DNA from: Vulcanisaeta souniana JCM 11219 | GTDB lineage: Archaea > Thermoproteota > Thermoprotei > Thermoproteales > Thermocladiaceae | DNA length: 32,000 nucleotides | Assembly: GCF_026000775.1 (NCBI RefSeq) | Contig: NZ_AP026830.1 | Location: 797,056 to 829,055 of the forward strand | Direction of reading: 5' to 3' | Shown: piece by piece, positions 24,734-31,119 of the stretch | Layout: the number at the start of each line of letters is the position of its first letter | How positions within the stretch are numbered: position 1 is the first letter of the stretch | Translations under genes and position numbers: made by a program | The notes under the pieces: model-generated | Databases searched by the model: none | Told to the model about the DNA's origin: nothing | Seen by the model: only the letters and a program-made list of their open reading frames with translations

Positions 24734-25099
24734 TCACTCGCCTGAACACACGATCTCTGAATTAACCTCCATTGCCTTATTAAGCATGCTTCTTAGGGCA
24801 TTCTTTACATCCTGCTTAATACTTAACTTATCGAGGCACTCAATGATGTACTTAACCACGGGCTCGGAGGGTTCCATACCACACTGAGAACCGACACAGA
24901 ATATGCAGTAGAGGAAGCTGCCCTCCATTTGTGTACATGCCCTGGAGGCCTCGTCAAGAACCGCATTGGCCTCATCATTACTAAGCCTAATGAACCAAGT
25001 GCCGTATGTCCTATTAAGGTAAGCCGAGCACTCAAACTCATCATAAATAGTTAAACACCTCCTGAACTCATCCATTGCCTTAATAACATAAATTAACAT
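24734..25099 (-). CDS. Small Cys-rich cytosolic protein, unknown function
   Basis: The 121-aa ORF has 8 Cys residues, including the cluster 'YCIFCVGSQCG' (CX2CX4C). It is tightly coupled to the downstream membrane protein gene. Confidence 0.55.
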   Translation of the reverse strand: MLIYVIKAMDEFRRCLTIYDEFECSAYLNRTYGTWFIRLSNDEANAVLDEASRACTQMEGSFLYCIFCVGSQCGMEPSEPVVKYIIECLDKLSIKQDVKNALRSMLNKAMEVNSEIVCSGE

Positions 25100-25193
25100 T
25101 CACCCCTACATAATATCTCTTGGTTTATTTATTTAATGGTCATTACAACGAAACATCTAAAGCCTAGTCCTTTATGGTGAACTATGCGGTCGA

Positions 25194-25448
25194 TCATGAA
25201 TGAACATACTTTTTACTTATCGTAATGACGAAACAATTATTAATCAGGTATGAAATAAAAACCTTGATGATTAGGCAAAGGACGCTACTGACCACCGGAA
25301 TGATGAATTGAACCCGGGATGACCTAACGCCATTACCTGCATTCCCATACCTAGATAGGCCCCATTGGAATAATGTAATTAGACTTACTCCTTCTCCATT
25401 CTTGATTTTACCATGAATCACCATAGATCCAATAATCATAAACCTCAA
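25194..25448 (-). CDS. Doubtful small ORF with one hydrophobic segment
   Basis: This 84-aa ORF sits in an AT-rich gap 50 nt downstream of the NurA-like gene. It has no recognisable motif and may be non-coding. Confidence 0.2.
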   Translation of the reverse strand: MRFMIIGSMVIHGKIKNGEGVSLITLFQWGLSRYGNAGNGVRSSRVQFIIPVVSSVLCLIIKVFISYLINNCFVITISKKYVHS

Positions 25449-25497
25449 TAAAGTCCATTAAATAAATATCAATAAAACTCATCATTGATTGGGCGTA

Positions 25498-26421
25498 TTA
25501 CTTACTTTTTACATATTCATTTAGTCCCATTTTTAGGTACATACCTCTCAACTCATTTAGGGCGTCGCCACCTAGTTTTTCCATGATGAGCCTTATCATG
25601 TCCTTAAGGCTTGTGTTTACCCTTGCCATTTTGTCAACTATATATAGTGGGGCTGGGTATCCTAATCTTGGCATCGTTGATAGTGGAACTATGCGCGATA
25701 TTACCTGCTGTATGTTGCTTGGGTTACCCATGTACTCTGTATATATTGGTAATGTAGCTGGTAGGTATTGAACATAGAATCCATAGACGTCTCTATCACC
25801 TACCCTACCCACAATGTACGGCTTTGTCATTAATGCAACAGAGGTTTTATTCCTGATTCTATAGGTCTCCATTATTACGTGCATTATTAATGGTTCCTCC
25901 ATTATTTGCAGCGCCCTGCTAACGTAATTCTTGAATTCCGTATCGACTATTCCCTGCAAGTACCTGTTGCTCTTTACGTCCTTAACATGAGCAATCACTG
26001 GAACGCTAAACCTACTCACATAATTCCTCCCAATTATAGCACCATCAAGTAGTACCACGTTTATTTGAAATGACCTTGATGCATCCAGTGCATGCTTAGC
26101 TTCCATATCTAGTGCCATCTTCTCCAACTCATCGCCTGAAACACCAAGCAGCGCCTCAAACCTGTTTAGTATGCGCCCTTTACCATCAGTATTCACAATC
26201 ATTGCTACATTAATAACGGCTATTCTAAAGCCTAGGTACGTTATTTCAGTGAATCCTGAATCAGCGGCTATGAACTTAACAGGTTCTTTACTTGGGGCGA
26301 CCTCTGACACGTATTTCATGAAGTTACTGGCATCATTAATTAAATCAAGCGCCTTGTCCCTTATTTGAGTTATCCTTGTTTCAATGAGCTCCAGCATGTT
26401 TATTATTACGTCGTTAAACAT
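25498..26421 (-). CDS. NurA-family nuclease (RNase H-like fold), divergent
   Basis: The acidic residues are laid out as in NurA. They are 'KFIAADSGF' (Asp54), 'ALDMEAKHAL' (Glu107) and 'NVVLLDGAI' (Asp126), plus the C-terminal 'LGYPAPLYIVDKMARV', which resembles the NurA 'GYP...L..A[HD]..A' motif. GGAGG at 26429-26433 lies 7 nt before the ATG. Confidence 0.7.
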   Translation of the reverse strand: MFNDVIINMLELIETRITQIRDKALDLINDASNFMKYVSEVAPSKEPVKFIAADSGFTEITYLGFRIAVINVAMIVNTDGKGRILNRFEALLGVSGDELEKMALDMEAKHALDASRSFQINVVLLDGAIIGRNYVSRFSVPVIAHVKDVKSNRYLQGIVDTEFKNYVSRALQIMEEPLIMHVIMETYRIRNKTSVALMTKPYIVGRVGDRDVYGFYVQYLPATLPIYTEYMGNPSNIQQVISRIVPLSTMPRLGYPAPLYIVDKMARVNTSLKDMIRLIMEKLGGDALNELRGMYLKMGLNEYVKSK

Positions 26422-26422
26422 A

Positions 26423-27079
26423 TCAACTCCTCCTTGGATATACCCTAGCCCTCACTTCATTGATTATTCTCTCAATCAACTCCCTATTAACACTATTACC
26501 TTGAACAGCACCCACACTAGCCAGGGCATCAAGTATGTAAGGCGGTAACCTACCTATATCACCATCCTGAAGGAATTCCTCCAGGTATGCCAGTGTTCGT
26601 GAAACCTTCTTATTACGTCTCTCCGATATTACCATCGAAACGAGCTCCTTAACCACATCATCAACACTAACACCAGACTGAGTACTATTTAGTAGCAGTT
26701 TTACCTCATTTACTAGTGGTTCTGGATCATGAAGCAGGTAAATAAGCAATGGCCTTGCAAATAATATTACCTTACCATTCAGTGAAACGCCGAAGGCCTC
26801 GCCCTTGGTACCCTTAATAACGACATCACCATTGAGCTCCCCAAGACCTATTAACGTCCTTAACACCATGCTCCCAACAGCCACCTCACCAATGATGCGC
26901 CTCTTAACGGAAGCAAAGGCCTCTGGCCCCTGCGTTATTATTAATTGAGCCTTTATGTCTAGATTCCTAAGGCCACCATTTAAGTCAATGATTGCGGTTG
27001 CATTATTAATATCACCGTTACAACTGAGTGCATTACTACTCACGCAATTCCTTTCTAGACCAAGTACGGCTATCCTCAT
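26423..27079 (-). CDS. Orphan protein, middle gene of the ATPase-NurA operon
   Basis: The track ORF runs from a TTG at 27112. The ATG at 27079 is preferred because GGTGAT (27084-27089) lies 4 nt upstream and directly follows the ATPase stop codon. The protein has a beta-rich N-half and a helical C-half, with no recognisable motif. Confidence 0.6.
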   Translation of the reverse strand: MRIAVLGLERNCVSSNALSCNGDINNATAIIDLNGGLRNLDIKAQLIITQGPEAFASVKRRIIGEVAVGSMVLRTLIGLGELNGDVVIKGTKGEAFGVSLNGKVILFARPLLIYLLHDPEPLVNEVKLLLNSTQSGVSVDDVVKELVSMVISERRNKKVSRTLAYLEEFLQDGDIGRLPPYILDALASVGAVQGNSVNRELIERIINEVRARVYPRRS

Positions 27080-27089
27080 GATCATCACC

Positions 27090-30000
27090 TCACGTGACAT
27101 ACTTTCTATCAATTAAACCAGCCCTCCACATACTCTCTAGGTACTTATTAATCATGGACATATCCATATTGAGTTCCTTGGCAATATCCTCCTCATCAAT
27201 ACCCACGTTAGGCCCCAGGGACGCTATTTTTGTTAGTAACTCTCTTGGTATATTGAGTCCCTTACTAATACTCTCAATAACCTTATTCACACCCCTTATC
27301 GCATCAACGATGTACTTGGCATTATCAAATGTTGGTGATGGCTTCGGCATTTCAGGAACACCGTCACTCAGTAACTTACTCACCACTTTGTTATTAGTTC
27401 TCTTCTTTAGCCATGCTGTTATTTTTGCATACTTATCAATTAATGCATTGACGTTACTCAAGACATCACTGAGCTCCTTGCGCCTGGACTCAGCTACCCG
27501 CATTAGTTCATTTAAGTAATTGCTTAGGGCATTTAGAGAGCCGAGCCTTACCAATGGCAGCAGATCGTTTGTAAAGTCATTAATACTCATTGAAGTAATC
27601 TCAATACCAGTTATAACCGATGCATTACTAAGAACGCTTGTTAGTTCCATGTACTCCTTAATTTTATCCTCAATGTTTCTTAGCGTGGTTACTAGGTTGA
27701 CCAAGTCATTGGCCTCTGAGTTTATGGCTTCAAGTATGGTTGGCAAGCTCTCCTTAATGCTATCTAGCTCAAGGCCACTAATTCTCATTAGGTACGCCTT
27801 AATCCTCTCAACTAGGTTATTGATCTTTGACTCCACTTCCATGGATAGGCCAGGTAGATACTCATCAATGTTCTTGGCGGCATTAAGTTTATTCATTATA
27901 TCCCTAATAGTGTTGTTTAGGGTCGATGATAATGATGTTAATTCATTGTTTAATTCCCCAAGTTTCTGTTCAACCTCGTTTTCCAACTTATCAACACATA
28001 GCATAAACAATGAGTATTTCTTTAGGAACTCACTTGATGTCTCTGGAACGGCCTTTAGCACCGTCAGAGACCTCTCACAGTCACTCCCCTGTATATTAAA
28101 TCCGGGTTTAACCTCGATGCTTATTTTCAACTCATCAATGCTCATGGACAACGGCTTATAAAGCGTCTCGTTAAGCCTATTTAGGTAGTTATCAAGTACA
28201 TTCAGTACTTGCGGCACGAGTTCAGGGGTGTAGGGTGCGTACTCCGTTAAGTTATCATTAATGGGCAACAATAAACCCCTAAGGCTAAGTAACTTAATCA
28301 AGTCGCTCTCCCTGAACTCCCTCCATAGATGAGTTGGGTATAGCCTCCTTATCAGGTACTCGAGCTCCTTTGTCGTAAAGTTCTGCTTACCTAATGATCT
28401 GAGGTAATTTATGAAGCTCAACTCAACGGTGCTGATCCTTGCTTTACCGCTATCATCCCTAAAGACCTCAGGTTGATCCTCAAGGTTCTCGCCCTTAACC
28501 CAGGCCTCGACTATCCGCCTAATAACTGCATCCTTAGACTCCTTAGCGCCACGCCTAATTGCCATTGTGTGCTGAAGAACCCTCTGCCTAACCCTATCCC
28601 TAAACGCCAGTACCTCATCCCTATAGTCATTAAGTCTCTCGAGAAATACCGAGTACTCCCTCGGGACCCTATCCAATCTCTCGAGCCTGGACCCAATCAC
28701 TATGGACCTAAGCTCATCAATTCTGTCAGAACCGAATACGGAGAAGTAGGTGAAGTCCGTTACTGGACCAAGTACGAGTTTCCACGACAACCTACTAACC
28801 GGCTCAACGACACTTCTAACAATATCATTGGTAAGTTGCGTCCTTGAGAGAACAACCACCAACAACGCATCGATTATTCTCTCCTGCCCATTAACAGGTA
28901 TTACACCTTCGCTCACGACTTTACTCAATAACTTGGTAAATTGGTCAAACTCACCATCAATGCCCACAATAATACCAATCCTAGCATCAAGTGAATTCTC
29001 AATGACACCAAACCAGGCACCTGACTCTGGATAAAGCATTACCTGGGAATCAATTGCGGCTTTAACGACTTCCATGGCTAGGTCCTCACGGAAGGCATTA
29101 ACAATACTAATTGCCCTACTAACCTCCTCCTTAGCCCTGATAATCTCCTCAGGCTCCTTACCAAACACGAGGATCCTGTGCAACCTAGGAGACACTTGAT
29201 ATGCCCTAGTTATACCTACGGCAGATGAAACCTTAGCATTACTTGGAAAAACAACGTAGACCACGGGTTCGCCCTCGTACGCCGTATAATACGAACCATA
29301 ACTTATAGATATATCCCTCAAACCACCCTCAATTGGCGCCAACCCCAACCTAACCAACTCATTATTAACCCTACTCAATCCATTATTATCCAGCCTAAAC
29401 CTAGCCACCTGCACCTCCTCAACGAGCCCCGCCTTAGTCAATGCGTTTATGTAGGAAGTCACGTCAAACCCAAGTTCGGAACTCAAGTCATTGATACCCC
29501 TAGGAAAACCAGACAATAGTAATGCCCTGAAAACCCGGGAACCTCTCTCATCATCAGGCCCCTCATTAACCACATCTAGGTACGCCTTCAACTCGTCACC
29601 GGCAACCTCACTCCTTAGGAATTCCTCAAATACCTCATAATTAAGCTCCCTACCCTTATCCACAGTCACGTCCAGGAGCTTAGACGTGAACTTAACCAGG
29701 GCCCTCGGTGAAGCCTTACCGCCCTCTGTATTAGCCACTAACTCATAAAGCGTCGCAAGATACTCACGCCTTAGTGGGTGAAGCCCATTAATTAAGCCCT
29801 TCTTAACGAGGTCAAGTCTCTCGTCGGTGGAGTAGGCGTTGAAGCGTTGCAGCAGCATTGCTTCGTATAACCATAGGGGCATCCTCTCGTCAAGCACGAC
29901 CTCCATGTATACCCTGCCCCTCGTTATGTCGAACACGTCAGGCACCATGTTCTTGAGGATGTTGTAATAAAGCTGTGGCGTGAAGGCTAGGACAACCATA

Positions 30001-30512
30001 ACCCTACTAAGCCTCCTTGGATCAATGCCAAATACATCTTTATAATTCCTGGGTTCAATTAATGCCCTAATCAACGAACCAAGTTTAATGACCAAGTCTC
30101 TAACCTTGCCAGCATCGCTTGGACTAAGGGCATTACTAAGTTCAACGGCCCTACTAACTTCATCAGCCTCATCAATAAGCAGAAGCAAAGGCTCACTAGG
30201 GCTACTACGGGCCTTAAGCAATGAATTAATGATCACATTAATATCAAGGCCGAAGGACAGCGGAAGCCTAAGGACCTTGAGCCCAAGGCCCTGGGCCGCC
30301 GCTTCAACTGCATCAAGCAACTCACTCTTGCCCCAACCATATTGCCCAACAATGACCACAGCAATATTATCGCTACCTTTGAGGAAGGCATTAATCGCGG
30401 TCTTAACCCTCTCAAGCTCACCCTCAAAGCCAACTGGCGAGTACCTACGCTCAATAGGTGGAACTCCACTGGGATTCAACGGCCTATCAATAAACCCAAA
30501 CTTACTATACAT
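27090..30512 (-). CDS. Large AAA+/STAND-like P-loop ATPase with winged-helix-like segments (ORC/Cdc6- or Arch_ATPase-like N-terminus)
   Basis: The N-terminus carries Walker A 'VGQYGWGKS' (30324-30347), Walker B 'LLLLIDEADE' and a sensor-1-like 'VVLAFTPQ'. Three wHTH-like stretches are present, including the C-terminal 'IAKELNMDMSMINKYLESMWRAGLIDRKY'. A heptad-rich N/L/S/E region of about 250 aa lies before the C-terminus. The ATG at 30512 is preferred over the track TTG at 30518. Confidence 0.75.
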   Translation of the reverse strand: MYSKFGFIDRPLNPSGVPPIERRYSPVGFEGELERVKTAINAFLKGSDNIAVVIVGQYGWGKSELLDAVEAAAQGLGLKVLRLPLSFGLDINVIINSLLKARSSPSEPLLLLIDEADEVSRAVELSNALSPSDAGKVRDLVIKLGSLIRALIEPRNYKDVFGIDPRRLSRVMVVLAFTPQLYYNILKNMVPDVFDITRGRVYMEVVLDERMPLWLYEAMLLQRFNAYSTDERLDLVKKGLINGLHPLRREYLATLYELVANTEGGKASPRALVKFTSKLLDVTVDKGRELNYEVFEEFLRSEVAGDELKAYLDVVNEGPDDERGSRVFRALLLSGFPRGINDLSSELGFDVTSYINALTKAGLVEEVQVARFRLDNNGLSRVNNELVRLGLAPIEGGLRDISISYGSYYTAYEGEPVVYVVFPSNAKVSSAVGITRAYQVSPRLHRILVFGKEPEEIIRAKEEVSRAISIVNAFREDLAMEVVKAAIDSQVMLYPESGAWFGVIENSLDARIGIIVGIDGEFDQFTKLLSKVVSEGVIPVNGQERIIDALLVVVLSRTQLTNDIVRSVVEPVSRLSWKLVLGPVTDFTYFSVFGSDRIDELRSIVIGSRLERLDRVPREYSVFLERLNDYRDEVLAFRDRVRQRVLQHTMAIRRGAKESKDAVIRRIVEAWVKGENLEDQPEVFRDDSGKARISTVELSFINYLRSLGKQNFTTKELEYLIRRLYPTHLWREFRESDLIKLLSLRGLLLPINDNLTEYAPYTPELVPQVLNVLDNYLNRLNETLYKPLSMSIDELKISIEVKPGFNIQGSDCERSLTVLKAVPETSSEFLKKYSLFMLCVDKLENEVEQKLGELNNELTSLSSTLNNTIRDIMNKLNAAKNIDEYLPGLSMEVESKINNLVERIKAYLMRISGLELDSIKESLPTILEAINSEANDLVNLVTTLRNIEDKIKEYMELTSVLSNASVITGIEITSMSINDFTNDLLPLVRLGSLNALSNYLNELMRVAESRRKELSDVLSNVNALIDKYAKITAWLKKRTNNKVVSKLLSDGVPEMPKPSPTFDNAKYIVDAIRGVNKVIESISKGLNIPRELLTKIASLGPNVGIDEEDIAKELNMDMSMINKYLESMWRAGLIDRKYVT

Positions 30513-30535
30513 TATCAATGATTGAATTACTATGA

Positions 30536-30552
30536 GCCATTAATTAAGAAAA
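30536..30552 (-). promoter_or_regulatory. TATA-like box upstream of the ATPase operon
   Basis: The palindromic 'TTAATTAA' at 30540-30547 lies 25-31 nt upstream of the TTG and ATG start candidates, which fits a leaderless first gene. Confidence 0.3.
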
Positions 30553-30661
30553 CAAACAAAATAAACCAACCTACAACATTGATGACGCCCACCAATACAG
30601 CAATAGTTCAATATTGAAAAATAATATTAAATCACCCAAGTCTCATGCGACGCGTCGAACA

Positions 30662-30982
30662 TCACACCTTAATTAATTTGCTGAACCTCTCATAATAAGT
30701 TAGCTTGTCAGGCGTTCTAACATGGATCTCGAAGGGAGGTTCAATACCTGCCTTCCACAGCCTCTCGAGAATAATCCCTGGATCAACATTGGTTATCACC
30801 AACACATCAATATCACTCGATAATGCATACCTATTTTCAGCAACAGAACCAAATAAATAGACCTCGGCATTGGGATCTATGGACTTAACAACCTCCTTAA
30901 TAATACGTAAGTACCTATCGAGATTTCTAAATACATCCTGTCTCCTCCTGGCATCCTCAATTAAATAATCATAATTCACCAT
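30662..30982 (-). CDS. Minimal nucleotidyltransferase (MNT, Pol-beta superfamily)
   Basis: The 106-aa ORF contains 'LFGSVAENRYALSSDIDVLVI', the G-S...D-x-D nucleotidyltransferase motif. Its size is typical of MNT antitoxin-like proteins. Confidence 0.85.
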   Translation of the reverse strand: MVNYDYLIEDARRRQDVFRNLDRYLRIIKEVVKSIDPNAEVYLFGSVAENRYALSSDIDVLVITNVDPGIILERLWKAGIEPPFEIHVRTPDKLTYYERFSKLIKV

Positions 30983-31119
30983 TCATTACTTCACCAACAA
31001 CCTTAATTGATATTTCAGCCATTTTTCCTTGTACGGCTTGGAAATTAATAAAAACAATGAAGAGGCACTCAAGACATTAATAAATAACAGCGGATCAAAC
31101 ATATTTTCTTTAATAAAGA

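Noticed and set aside
27094-29034. A series of plus-strand ORFs (141, 213, 124 and 94 aa) opposite the large ATPase gene.
   Set aside because: All are antisense shadows with Ser/Leu-rich, motif-free translations. The minus-strand frame is continuous for 1142 codons and carries clear ATPase motifs.
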